Shown here piece by piece: positions 8,939 through 18,506 of a stretch of 64,000 nt of DNA (positions are counted from its first letter, which is position 1; each line of letters starts with the position of its first letter). The stretch is from Oceanispirochaeta sp. (lineage in GTDB: Bacteria; Spirochaetota; Spirochaetia; DSM-2461). The notes beneath the pieces were generated by a model, which was not told where the DNA came from, did no database searches, and was given only the letters and a program-made list of their open reading frames with translations. The position numbers were made by a program, and so were the translations under genes. Location: positions 2,368,001 through 2,432,000 of the forward strand of contig CAXXOA010000001.1 of assembly GCA_963666275.2 (NCBI GenBank), in the 5' to 3' direction.

Positions 8939-10117
8939 ATGAAGACAACCCATTCAGATGAAAATAACGAGAATTTTGCCGAACTTTTTGAAAGCAGCAT
9001 ATCCGGAATGGAGCGGCTTGAACCGGGCCAGCAGATTGAAACTGAAATAGTCTCTATAGCAGGAGATACCATATTCCTCCAGCTCAGCGGAAAGAGCGAA
9101 GGTGTCCTTGAAAGAGAAGAACTGACTGACAAGGACGGGAACTGCACCGTCAGCGAAGGCGAAACCATAAAAGTATATTTTCTGGAAGCCAAAAACGGTG
9201 AAATGCGGTTTACAACCAGGATCAGCGGTGAAAAAGCCGGCAATGCCATGATGGAAAGTGCCTTTGATAACGGCATTCCCGTAGAAGGGGTGGTGGAAAA
9301 AGAGATTAAAGGCGGTTTTGAAGTCAAAATCGGCGGTACCAGAGCATTCTGTCCCTATTCCCAGATGGGAGAGAAACGGGTGGACGATGCCTCTCAGTAT
9401 GTTGGCAAGCATCTGACTTTTAAAATTACTGAATATAAAGAGAACGGCCGGAATGTTCTTGTTTCGAACAGGGCTATTCTGGAAGAGGAAAACAGAAAAA
9501 AAGTTGAAGATCTCAAAAAAGATCTCTCAGAAGGGATGACCATAACAGGTACGGTCGCCTCTATAAGAAACTTCGGTGCTTTTATTGAGCTGGGAGGAGC
9601 CCAGGCTCTGCTCCCTATCTCTGAAATCAGCAGAAGCCGGGTGGAGGATATCAATAAGGTACTCTCCGTAGGGCAGGAAGTAACAGCAAAGATCCTGAGC
9701 CTGGACTGGCAGAACAGCAAACTTTCAGTCAGTATGAAAGCTCTGGAAGCGGATCCCTGGGAAGAAGCGAAAAAGAAATATCCCGAAGGATCCAAACACA
9801 CAGGTAAAGTTGTCCGTATTACCGATTTCGGCGCATTCGTCGAACTGGAACCCGGACTGGACGGCCTCCTTCATGTGTCTGAACTGAAAGAGGACCCCAG
9901 AGAAAACAACCCGCAGTATAAGCTCCAGCAGAACCAGGAGCTGACAGTCATGATAGGCAGTGTGGATGCCCAGCGTCAGAGGATCTCACTGAAAAGAGGG
10001 GACAAAAAACCCGAAGAGGATTTCTCCTCCTTTATTGACGGCGGCAGCGATGACGGGGAAACCTATAACCCCTTTGCAGCTCTGCTGAAAGACAAAGTGG
10101 AAAAAAAGAAAAAATAA
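8939..10117 (+). CDS. S1 RNA-binding protein with four S1 domains (ribosomal protein S1-like)
   Basis: Repeated S1 motifs (KGGFEV..RAFCP, NFGAFIEL, DFGAFVEL..GLLHVSE); C-terminal NPFAALLK. Confidence 0.85.
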   Translation: MKTTHSDENNENFAELFESSISGMERLEPGQQIETEIVSIAGDTIFLQLSGKSEGVLEREELTDKDGNCTVSEGETIKVYFLEAKNGEMRFTTRISGEKAGNAMMESAFDNGIPVEGVVEKEIKGGFEVKIGGTRAFCPYSQMGEKRVDDASQYVGKHLTFKITEYKENGRNVLVSNRAILEEENRKKVEDLKKDLSEGMTITGTVASIRNFGAFIELGGAQALLPISEISRSRVEDINKVLSVGQEVTAKILSLDWQNSKLSVSMKALEADPWEEAKKKYPEGSKHTGKVVRITDFGAFVELEPGLDGLLHVSELKEDPRENNPQYKLQQNQELTVMIGSVDAQRQRISLKRGDKKPEEDFSSFIDGGSDDGETYNPFAALLKDKVEKKKK

Positions 10118-10120
10118 TCC

Positions 10121-12133
10121 TCATCCATCATCTCTAATATGCTGCAAAGCCTCCTCTGCCTTCCCGTAAGGGAGGCTGCAGCTTTTATCCCGGCAGATAT
10201 AGATAAGTGTTTCATCCTCACAGAATCTTCCTTTGAAAAGAAGATGATCATCCTGGGGAGAGTCAGTTTGAGCCGTAACTGTACCGGGGAGAAAATCCTG
10301 TCGGAAACGGTCTCCCAGAACCTGCGCTTCCCTGCCTGTAATGACAACTTCATAGAATGGTTCACTTTGCAGGAGTGCTACTGCGGCCCAATGGGCGTGG
10401 TACATCGGATTTTCCTCCACCAGCGTCATCATAACTCCCCCGGCCTCCTCAGCCAGAGACGCATAGTCATCTTTTCCAAGGAGCCTTGAAAGAAGAAAGA
10501 GGTTTTCTGCCATTACGGCGTTGGGAGATGGGATGACACTGTCAGTAAGCTCCACTTCTCTGCCGAGAGCCTCCTGTTCCCCATGGACATTCGTATAGAA
10601 TCCTTTCCGTTCTGAGGGGAATTTTGTTAATACCCGGGCTGTCAGTTCTTCCGCTTTGACAAGATATTCCGGGCCGCCTGATACCTCATAGAGGCTGATC
10701 AGACTTCGGATCAGAAAGGCATAGTCCTCAAGGAAAGCGGATTCATAGAAAGCCCCGCCCTTCCAGGCATGATTGAGAGTTCCCTGATCTGAATGATCAA
10801 GTATGATTTTCGCCGCAATCCGGGCGTGCTGAAGATCCTCTCTCCTGCCGAAGGCTTTATAGGCATCGCAGCAGGCACTGATCATCAGTCCATTCCAGGA
10901 GATGAGGGCTTTCTCATCCTTTCCGGGGGAAACCCTTTTCTGCCGGGCCTCCATAAGACGGGTTTTAATCCTCTCCTGCCGGATCTGAAGCTCCCCGCTG
11001 CTAAGACCGAAGGTTTCCGCAAGAACCTGATCCTTCCGGGCTTCCAGCAGAATATTGTGTCCCATCTCCCATAAACCGTCCCCGTCTACACCGAACCAGT
11101 CCCGGGCCAGGGAATAATCCTGCCCCAGAATCTGTGCCAGATCCCGGCTCTCCCATGTGTAGAAAAGGCCTTCCCGGCCGCTGCTGTCTGCATCCAGGGC
11201 CGAGAAAAACAAGCCTTCCTCCGAGGTCATCTCCCGGTAGAGGAAGTCCAGGGATTCCAGTGCGACCTGCCTGAATTTTCTCTCTTTCGTCACACGGTAG
11301 GCTTCGCTGTAGAGGCTCACAAGCTGGGCATTATCATAAAGCATCTTTTCAAAGTGAGGCACCTTCCAGTATCGATCAGTGGAATACCGGGCAAAACCGC
11401 CTCCGATCCTGTCATAGAGCCCTCCTGCGGCCATTTTCTGCAGCGTATGGAGTACTAGTTCCATTACATTCTGATCCCTTCTGAGGACGCTCCAGGCAAG
11501 GAGAAAACGGAATAGAACAGGCATGGGAAACTTCGGAGCTCCCTTCACACCTCCCTCCTGCCGGTCAAGATTGTCGATAATTGTTTTCACAACGTCCCGG
11601 AGGTCCGGTCTCTCCTGTTTCCACCCGGATAGACGGAGGATCTTTCTGCCGTATTCTTCAATGCCCTTCTCGACCGCATCTGCCGAATCTGTCAGCTCAT
11701 CGGGAGAGTCCCTGTATTTGTCTCTCACTGCTGCGAGGATCTGATGCCAGGAATCACGGGGAAAATAGGTTCCCCCGTAGAAGGGCCTTCTATCAGGAAA
11801 GGCAAAGACTGTGAGTGGCCATCCTCCCCTTCCTGTTATCATCTGTACGGCCTTCATGTAATAGCTGTCCAGGTCGGGCCTCTCTTCCCTGTCAATTTTA
11901 ATACTCACGAAGGATGCATTCATCAGCTCGGCCGTATGGGGATCTTCAAATGATTCATGAGCCATGACATGACACCAGTGACAGGAGGAATATCCAATGC
12001 TGATGATGACAGGCTTGTTCTCCTCTGCGGCTTTTTTAAAAGCCTCGTCGCCCCAGGGATACCAGTTCACAGGATTTTCCGCGTGCTGGAGCAGATAGGG
12101 GCTCCTGGCATCTTTCAAATGATTCTGACTCAT
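10121..12133 (-). CDS. Thioredoxin-domain protein, YyaL/SSP411 family
   Basis: [21 protein letters not shown] and [10 protein letters not shown] motifs. Confidence 0.92.
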   Translation of the reverse strand: MSQNHLKDARSPYLLQHAENPVNWYPWGDEAFKKAAEENKPVIISIGYSSCHWCHVMAHESFEDPHTAELMNASFVSIKIDREERPDLDSYYMKAVQMITGRGGWPLTVFAFPDRRPFYGGTYFPRDSWHQILAAVRDKYRDSPDELTDSADAVEKGIEEYGRKILRLSGWKQERPDLRDVVKTIIDNLDRQEGGVKGAPKFPMPVLFRFLLAWSVLRRDQNVMELVLHTLQKMAAGGLYDRIGGGFARYSTDRYWKVPHFEKMLYDNAQLVSLYSEAYRVTKERKFRQVALESLDFLYREMTSEEGLFFSALDADSSGREGLFYTWESRDLAQILGQDYSLARDWFGVDGDGLWEMGHNILLEARKDQVLAETFGLSSGELQIRQERIKTRLMEARQKRVSPGKDEKALISWNGLMISACCDAYKAFGRREDLQHARIAAKIILDHSDQGTLNHAWKGGAFYESAFLEDYAFLIRSLISLYEVSGGPEYLVKAEELTARVLTKFPSERKGFYTNVHGEQEALGREVELTDSVIPSPNAVMAENLFLLSRLLGKDDYASLAEEAGGVMMTLVEENPMYHAHWAAVALLQSEPFYEVVITGREAQVLGDRFRQDFLPGTVTAQTDSPQDDHLLFKGRFCEDETLIYICRDKSCSLPYGKAEEALQHIRDDG

Positions 12134-12220
12134 AATTGGGACCTCCCCGTATTTCTCATTCTAATATATTAGAATACTTGTAATGCATTTTTCTTTTCAT
12201 ATGTATTATACTTTCAAAAT

Positions 12221-12844
12221 ATGGAAAAACTGATTAATGGCGTTGTAGAGTTCCGGCGCGGAGACTTTGAAGAACATAAAGAGCTCTTTTCCTCTCTGGG
12301 CAGAAAACAGAAGCCCCATACTCTGTTTATAGGCTGCTCAGATTCCCGGGTAGTCCCCACAATGATCACCAAAGCCCTGCCCGGTGAACTTTTTATAATA
12401 CGGAATGTGGCCAATATGGTTCCCAAATACCGCCTGGCCGATGAATACCTGGCTACCACTTCAGCCATTGAATATGCGGTTCAGGTTCTGGATGTGGAAA
12501 ACATCATAATCTGCGGACACAGCAATTGCGGAGGATGTGCCGCTCTGCATCAGACCGAAGAGGAGTTTGAAAAGCTCCCCCATACCCACAAGTGGCTCGA
12601 ACTGGCGGGCAATGTGAAAAAAAGGGTGGAAGAGCAGCTTCCCGAAGACGATCCGGCGGCCCGGGAGTGGCTGACGGAACAGACAAATATAGTTGAGCAG
12701 ATGAAACACCTTCTGAGTTATCCCTATATCGCCGAGCGCTATCAGACAGGGAAACTGGCTATTATGGGATGGTACTATATCATCGAAACCGGAGAAGTAT
12801 TCAGCTACAACAAGGAGACAGGTTTTTTTGATCCTGTGAATTAA
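12221..12844 (+). CDS. Beta-class carbonic anhydrase
   Basis: GCSDSR, RNVAN and HSNCGG zinc ligands. Confidence 0.93.
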   Translation: MEKLINGVVEFRRGDFEEHKELFSSLGRKQKPHTLFIGCSDSRVVPTMITKALPGELFIIRNVANMVPKYRLADEYLATTSAIEYAVQVLDVENIIICGHSNCGGCAALHQTEEEFEKLPHTHKWLELAGNVKKRVEEQLPEDDPAAREWLTEQTNIVEQMKHLLSYPYIAERYQTGKLAIMGWYYIIETGEVFSYNKETGFFDPVN

Positions 12845-12846
12845 TT

Positions 12847-14103
12847 ATGAAACAGATACACAGCCCCATGATCCTTCTTTTCCTATTCCTGACAGCCTTT
12901 CAGAGTCTGGCCTCCCGGGAAATGGAGCGTTCCATCAATACGATTACAATCCAGGGAAATGTACGGACCAGAGAGGATGTTATCCGGCGGATCCTCCCTG
13001 TCAGAGAGGGAGATCTCTACGGGGAAGACACAAAAGAGGAGATCATCCAGAAACTGAGAAGTACGGGCCTATTCAATCCAGAAATTGAGGTTATGGCCAG
13101 GGAGACTGACGGGAAGACCGATATTCTTATTACCCTGAAAGACAAATGGACCCTGATCCCCATCCCGATCGTGTCAGTGGCAGATCAGGGATCCTGGCGG
13201 GCCGGAGCCCTTGTGATAGAGGGAAACCTTCTGGGGTTCTATAAAACCCTGGGACTGGGATTTTTCTATGGTTCCGATGGTTATTCTCTTCTCAGTTTCT
13301 TCTCCAGTCCCCTCTTGCTGAATACAGATATGACTCTCACAGCAGGATTTTCCGCAGGATTCGATGAAACAGAGGATCTGACTATGGAAGAGGATCTCCT
13401 GCGGGAGTATCAGGCCGATACCTTATCAGGCAGCCTGGGGCTCGAATACCCTCTGGGGCAGGCACTGTTCTTTACAGGCGGATGGGAGTACGACCGTTCG
13501 GCACTCAAAGAGAAGAGCCGGGAACAAACGGGTATCCCCGACATGGAGTTTACAGGGCTCTCTGCCGAACTGAAATGGAAAGATCTCTATTATGATATTC
13601 CCTATGAGACAGGTCTTCTTTTAAAAGGAGTCTATTCCTGGAACTGGGGTCTTGCTGAGACTGAAAACTTCCCGGTCATAGAAGGAAAGATCCGGGGCGC
13701 CCTCACTCCCTGGGCAGGCCACCTGATACGCCTTGACGGACAGTACGGCTCGGGAGACCTTCCGGTTCAGAAAGAGTTCCGTCTGGGAGGACTGCCCGGG
13801 ACTCAGGTGCTTCCCATGGACAGAATTACCGCTGATGAATACCTTGCGACGTCCCTCTCCTACAATGTTCCGGTCTGGACCTTTTCTGGAGGAACGATCT
13901 CAGCGAAAGCTTTCTACGAAGTCGGATTCTATTCTACCGAAACTATTGAAAGGACATTTTTCGACGGCCCCGGGGCGGGACTGGAACTCTTTATCAATGA
14001 TCTTGCCATACCGGCTGTAACGATGAATTTCGGCTGGAACCGGAAGACCGAAAGCCTACAGTTCTCAGCCGGGATCGGAATGGGCGGAAGCAATCCGGAC
14101 TGA
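12847..14103 (+). CDS. Omp85/BamA-like protein with a single POTRA domain
   Basis: Signal peptide; POTRA-like ITIQGNVRTREDVIRR...LRSTGLF; EGNLLG; beta-barrel-like remainder with FRLGG. Confidence 0.7.
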   Translation: MKQIHSPMILLFLFLTAFQSLASREMERSINTITIQGNVRTREDVIRRILPVREGDLYGEDTKEEIIQKLRSTGLFNPEIEVMARETDGKTDILITLKDKWTLIPIPIVSVADQGSWRAGALVIEGNLLGFYKTLGLGFFYGSDGYSLLSFFSSPLLLNTDMTLTAGFSAGFDETEDLTMEEDLLREYQADTLSGSLGLEYPLGQALFFTGGWEYDRSALKEKSREQTGIPDMEFTGLSAELKWKDLYYDIPYETGLLLKGVYSWNWGLAETENFPVIEGKIRGALTPWAGHLIRLDGQYGSGDLPVQKEFRLGGLPGTQVLPMDRITADEYLATSLSYNVPVWTFSGGTISAKAFYEVGFYSTETIERTFFDGPGAGLELFINDLAIPAVTMNFGWNRKTESLQFSAGIGMGGSNPD

Positions 14104-14113
14104 AAAAGATCTG

Positions 14114-14479
14114 TCAGTGAAAGACTCCGGCTGAAACGACAAGCTGCATCACATAGGTAACCACATCCATGTCCATATCCAGGGCCCAGGAATTGACAAG
14201 ATCCTTCAGATAGATCCAGTCCTCCCTTTTCAGAGTATCCACATTTTCATCATATTCCATGTTGAAAATATCAACCATATCTGCCAGTTTATCGAAGTAC
14301 TTGTCATCCACTTCGCTGCCGGGAAAACAGTATTCCATCAGTTCCGAGGAAAAATCTTCGGGCATACCGAGGGCTTTTATAAAAAGCTCCTCCAGATCTT
14401 TCATAAATTCTTCTGTACATTCGTACTGGTATTTTTTTCTCAGATGCTTACAGCTTCTGTTAAATTCATTGCTATTCAT
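14114..14479 (-). CDS. Hypothetical acidic protein
   Basis: Clean ORF with SD AGGAG; no recognisable motif. Confidence 0.7.
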   Translation of the reverse strand: MNSNEFNRSCKHLRKKYQYECTEEFMKDLEELFIKALGMPEDFSSELMEYCFPGSEVDDKYFDKLADMVDIFNMEYDENVDTLKREDWIYLKDLVNSWALDMDMDVVTYVMQLVVSAGVFH

Positions 14480-14606
14480 ATTCTAAGCTCCTGTTTCTAT
14501 TTTAATCCTTCTCTGAGTATCTGGAAAAGGGGAAATTGTGAATTCTGTTTGACCATGCAGGTATTCTTACTATAATGGAGAGAAACCTGTCTACTGGAGG
14601 AACATC

Positions 14607-15092
14607 ATGGGAGACTACATCCGCCCGAGCTGGGATGAATACTTTATGGAAGTCTGCGAAGCCATCTCGAAAAGGGCTACCTGCGACCGGGGAAGAAGCG
14701 GATGCGTCATAGCCAGAGACAAACAGATCCTTGCCACCGGATACGTGGGAGCGCCTCCGGGGCTTCCCCACTGCGACGAGGCCGGCCATCAGTTCAAAAC
14801 CACAGTTCACGAGGACGGTTCCAAAAGCCAGCACTGCGTGAGAACAGTCCATGCCGAACAGAATGCAATATGCCAGGCTGCCAGGAGAGGAATACCTCTG
14901 GAAGGTGCAACCCTCTACTGCCGTATGACCCCCTGCAGAACCTGTGCCATGCTGATTATAAGCAGCGGCATAATCCGTGTTGTCTGTGAAAGGAAGTACC
15001 ATGCCGGGGCCGAATCCGAGGCGATGTTCAGCCAGGTCGGCATAGAACTGGAATACAGACACGAAGAAGTCCAGCAGTACGAAAAACAGTAG
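14607..15092 (+). CDS. dCMP deaminase family protein (ComEB-like)
   Basis: RPSWDEYF, HAEQNA and PCRTC zinc motifs; promoter TTGACC-16-TATAAT at 14549-14576. Confidence 0.92.
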   Translation: MGDYIRPSWDEYFMEVCEAISKRATCDRGRSGCVIARDKQILATGYVGAPPGLPHCDEAGHQFKTTVHEDGSKSQHCVRTVHAEQNAICQAARRGIPLEGATLYCRMTPCRTCAMLIISSGIIRVVCERKYHAGAESEAMFSQVGIELEYRHEEVQQYEKQ

Positions 15093-15335
15093 CAACGCGA
15101 TTTATCGCGTTGATCCTGTTTTCGGTAATCGCGTTGATCCTGTTTTCGGTAATCGCGCTGATCCTGTTTTCGGTAATCGCGCTGATCCTTTTGATATAAG
15201 ACGCGATGAATCTCGTCTTTACGGGGTAGGGATTGGCCTTGGCTGTCGGCATTTTCCCAGAGGAGACGCGATGAATCGCGTCTTTACCCGGGAGGGAGCT
15301 AGCGTGGACAGTGCCCCGACGCAGTCCTGCGTCTA
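15089..15335. repeat. REP/BIME-like palindrome cluster
   Basis: GTAG-CAACGCGA-TTTA-TCGCGTTG (15089-15112). Two minus-strand GTAAAGACG(C/A)GATTCATCGCGTCT copies (15199-15222, 15264-15287). GACGCAG-TC-CTGCGTC (15318-15333). Confidence 0.7.
15104..15189 (+). repeat. 24-bp tandem repeat, about 3.6 copies
   Basis: ATCGCG(T/C)TGATCCTGTTTTCGGTA at 15104, 15128 and 15152, partial at 15176. Confidence 0.95.
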
Positions 15336-15641
15336 TCTGGATTTGGGTACGTGATAGATCCTTTTATCATGATCGCTCTGGTAGCGATAGAGTATGGCCA
15401 TATTACCAATAACCCGTACAAGATGGGCATCGGTTTTTTCCGCCAGCTGACGGGACAGATCTTTTCTGTCTTCCTTATAGTCCACAAATTTCACTTTTAT
15501 CATCTCATGATTCTCAAGTTCCTGGTCTACCGCAGTTTCAATGGCTTCGGTCAGGCCGTTTCCTCCGATCATAACAACCGGTTTAAGAGCATGGGCTTTT
15601 TTAGTCAGATAACTTCTCTGAAATCCCTTTAATGGTTCCAT
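15333..15641 (-). CDS. yhbY: YhbY RNA-binding protein (CRM domain)
   Basis: QRSYL..KAHALKPVVMIG.NGLT, HEMIKVK and VIGNMAILYR motifs. Confidence 0.9.
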   Translation of the reverse strand: MEPLKGFQRSYLTKKAHALKPVVMIGGNGLTEAIETAVDQELENHEMIKVKFVDYKEDRKDLSRQLAEKTDAHLVRVIGNMAILYRYQSDHDKRIYHVPKSR

Positions 15642-15763
15642 ATATTCTTTCTATCTCCTGTTAACAGAAGGGACTATCTCATATTTCCCTATAAAATCAA
15701 AGCCCCCTGACGGATTGATTTGTGAAATTTACAAATCCCCCGGGGATGTATATACTTTGCCTC

Positions 15764-16483
15764 ATGAATCTACTTATATTTCAAAGCAATGAATGGCTCT
15801 CTCCCCTGTCCGGCAATGACCCGAGAGTGCAGCATATAAAAAAAATCCTCAGAGCCGGGGAGGGAGAGATCCTGGATGCAGGCGTTATCGGAGGTCCCAT
15901 AGGCAAAGCGGTGATCCGGAAAATCGAAACAGACGGCTCCATGTCTTTTTCCTTTCAGGGAGAGAAATCCCCGCCCCATCCGGATCCTGTTACCATGATC
16001 ATAGGCACTCCCCGGCCCCCTACAGCCCGGAGACTTATGAAAGATCTCACCACAGCCGGTGTGGGTAGAATGATTTTCTGTGCCACTGACCTGGGAGAGA
16101 AATCCTATCTGACAAGCAGTCTCTGGATGAAAGAGGAGTACAAAACAGCACTTCTGGAGGGAATTTCCCAGGGGGAAACCACCATTCTGCCGGAGCTTGT
16201 CAAACTCTACTCCCTCTTCAAAGCCATCGATCTGATTGATGAAAATACGGACCGTCTGGCCCTGGATAATATGTCTCCCGATGTGCCCCTGAAATCCTAT
16301 TTACCAGAGAAAGGCGCTACCTGTCTGGCTATCGGACCGGAACGGGGCTGGAGTGACAGGGAGAGAGGAATGCTCCGGGAGAGAGGGTTTCAGATCTGCT
16401 CCATGGGAGACCGGGTACTGAGAACCGAAACAGCCTGCCATATGGGGCTGGCCCTGATTCAGGGGGCCAGAGGTTTTATCTGA
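15764..16483 (+). CDS. rsmE: 16S rRNA m3U1498 methyltransferase
   Basis: IGPERGW and RVLRTETA SPOUT motifs; ATG 15764 lies 7 nt after TTTACA-17-TATACT. Confidence 0.88.
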   Translation: MNLLIFQSNEWLSPLSGNDPRVQHIKKILRAGEGEILDAGVIGGPIGKAVIRKIETDGSMSFSFQGEKSPPHPDPVTMIIGTPRPPTARRLMKDLTTAGVGRMIFCATDLGEKSYLTSSLWMKEEYKTALLEGISQGETTILPELVKLYSLFKAIDLIDENTDRLALDNMSPDVPLKSYLPEKGATCLAIGPERGWSDRERGMLRERGFQICSMGDRVLRTETACHMGLALIQGARGFI

Positions 16484-16493
16484 TCGCTGCCTT

Positions 16494-16835
16494 TTAAACC
16501 CAGGGATGCGATTCCTGCTCATCCCCCGGGAGGGTCACTTTATAAAACTCGAAAGCCGGTGTTTCATAGGGATGGGTCTTTTCCAGAGCTTCAATACAAT
16601 CAGGAATAAGATCCTCACCTACAAGCATTTCCACACGGAACTCCCGGACTCTCTCCAGAGTCCCTGTGCTGCCTATAAAGGGATCAGATCCCTCAAGTGG
16701 TTTAAACTGACCTGTACCTTCACACTCCCAGCAGCAGGACCCGTAGGAGCCCTGAGTCCCGGCCCCCAGAGCGAAAAGAGCCTCTTTCACATCCTCTTTG
16801 TGGCTTTCCGGAACAAAAAATACAAGCTTATGCAT
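16494..16835 (-). CDS. YqfO/NIF3-like small protein (PII/CutA-like fold)
   Basis: KLVFFVP..H...VKEALF..GAG, GTGQFKP and HPYETPAF motifs. Confidence 0.85.
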   Translation of the reverse strand: MHKLVFFVPESHKEDVKEALFALGAGTQGSYGSCCWECEGTGQFKPLEGSDPFIGSTGTLERVREFRVEMLVGEDLIPDCIEALEKTHPYETPAFEFYKVTLPGDEQESHPWV

Positions 16836-16920
16836 CACATTCACCCTCTTAGTTATCTGCGGGAAATATTAGCATATTCCCTATGGAATAAACAGATGAC
16901 AGATTTTTTTTCCTCCTTGC

Positions 16921-16949
16921 TTGACAGGAATTCCATGAATCTATATGAT
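16921..16949 (+). promoter_or_regulatory. sigma70 promoter of tRNA-Phe copy 1
   Basis: TTGACA-17-TATGAT. Confidence 0.8.
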
Positions 16950-16963
16950 ACAGCACATCAGTT

Positions 16964-17036
<73 letters not shown>

Positions 17037-17045
17037 CATCATTAT

Positions 17046-17072
17046 CCCATCCTTTACGGATGGGTTTTTTTT
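17046..17072 (+). terminator. Rho-independent terminator
   Basis: CCCATCC-TTTAC-GGATGGG-T8. Confidence 0.88.
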
Positions 17073-17209
17073 GTCATTTTCCTTTCCATTTTACAGGATT
17101 ATACCTGATATCATTCAAAAACAATGCAAAGTAACTTACTCACAGAATTCTATTATCATTGATAAATACAATGTCATTTCCAGTCCGGAGAAAAAAAACT
17201 GTCATCTTA

Positions 17210-17238
17210 TTGACAGAAATCCGGCAGACGTATATATT
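17210..17238 (+). promoter_or_regulatory. sigma70 promoter of tRNA-Phe copy 2
   Basis: TTGACA-17-TATATT. Confidence 0.8.
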
Positions 17239-17251
17239 CTTTCAAGAAGTT

Positions 17252-17324
<73 letters not shown>

Positions 17325-17330
17325 CATAAT

Positions 17331-17359
17331 ACCCATCCTTTTTCGGATGGGTTTTTTTT
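17331..17359 (+). terminator. Rho-independent terminator
   Basis: ACCCATCC-TTTTTC-GGATGGGT followed by a T run. Confidence 0.88.
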
Positions 17360-17498
17360 AATATCAGCCAAGCTGCAAATTATTGCAGCTCCCATCACCA
17401 AACTGCTGTTTTTTCCATCAAAACATGGTATTGTTAAAAACAAAACATAAAAGATATGCGGGTGATTCAACCTGGAACTATAAAAAGGACAATAAAGA

Positions 17499-18506
17499 AT
17501 GACTGAAAATGTAGCGATTCTCTGGGATATAGAGAATGTAACACCCTCCAGTAATGACAACTTACTGATTCAGGGTATGTGGGATTATGCGGAATCTAAA
17601 GGACGCGTGGTCACATCCTATGCTTATGCGGACTGGAGCAAACCAGGCTTCCGTTCTCTGGGACCGGTCCTGGCGGGCCTCCATTTCTATATGGTGCACA
17701 TACCCTACCAGCGGGTCAGAAGAAACAAAAACGGTTCGGATATGCAGCTTGTAACGGATGCTCTGGAACTTCTGAGATACCATGACCATATTGATACTTT
17801 TATTCTGATTACAGGAGACAGCGACTTTCGTCCCCTCCTCCTCACTCTAAGAAAATCAGGAAAAAAGATACACATTATCTGTGATATCAAAACGGCCGCC
17901 CAGGATCTTCTGATTCTGGCTGACAGCTTTACAGACTATAGAGAACTGATCCCCGACAGCGATGACGATGACGATTCATCCGATTCAGACAACGATGATC
18001 AGTCTCCTGCCAGAAACAAGCACGATAAGCAGTACTGGTTTGAAAGGCTTGCCGAAACGGCCAGTATCCTCCAGAAGGATGGAAAGTCAGGCAACATGGG
18101 ATCGGTTAAGATAAAAATGAAGATGCTCAACCGGGATTTTGACGAGAAGAATCTCGGATACAAACGGTGGAGCAGCTTTATCACAGCCGCAGTGAAAGCG
18201 GGCTTTGTCAGCCTTGAAGAGGAAGACAGCCAGACCTATATCCTCCCGGGCAAAGGGTATATGCAGGAAGTCAGCTCCCTGCAGACAGCCTTGAGAACCC
18301 TTGTGAGCACTCTGGAGGAACTTGATGGTAAAAAAGGTCCCCAGTTTCATCCCTACTCTATTCTAAGCTCAGCATTGAAAGAGAAAGGGGTTGTGATGAA
18401 GAATCTGGGATTCAGCAAATTCAAGAAATTCATATCCTCAGCCGAAGCCAGAGGCCTGGTGGAAACAAAGGTGGAGAATCTGAGAAGCTACGTTAAGCTT
18501 CAGTAG
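17499..18506 (+). CDS. NYN (LabA/DUF88, PIN-like) domain protein with two OST-HTH/LOTUS-like domains
   Basis: WDIENV, SDMQL..D and ITGDSDF acidic motifs; acidic linker; FDEKNLGYKRWSSFI and MKNLGFSKFKKFI repeats. Confidence 0.85.
   Translation: MTENVAILWDIENVTPSSNDNLLIQGMWDYAESKGRVVTSYAYADWSKPGFRSLGPVLAGLHFYMVHIPYQRVRRNKNGSDMQLVTDALELLRYHDHIDTFILITGDSDFRPLLLTLRKSGKKIHIICDIKTAAQDLLILADSFTDYRELIPDSDDDDDSSDSDNDDQSPARNKHDKQYWFERLAETASILQKDGKSGNMGSVKIKMKMLNRDFDEKNLGYKRWSSFITAAVKAGFVSLEEEDSQTYILPGKGYMQEVSSLQTALRTLVSTLEELDGKKGPQFHPYSILSSALKEKGVVMKNLGFSKFKKFISSAEARGLVETKVENLRSYVKLQ

Noticed and set aside
14607..15092. Anti-phage dCTP deaminase
   Set aside because: Only 161 aa with no kinase-like domain, in a housekeeping context.
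15104..15189. CRISPR array
   Set aside because: Head-to-tail repeats with no unique spacers and no cas genes.
15028..15252. ORF with ITENRISA repeats
   Set aside because: It is a translation of the 24-bp repeat, antisense to the deaminase 3' end, with no SD.
17037..17251. Integrated element between the two tRNA copies
   Set aside because: Only ~215 bp, with no integrase or cargo; both tRNAs are complete with their own signals.
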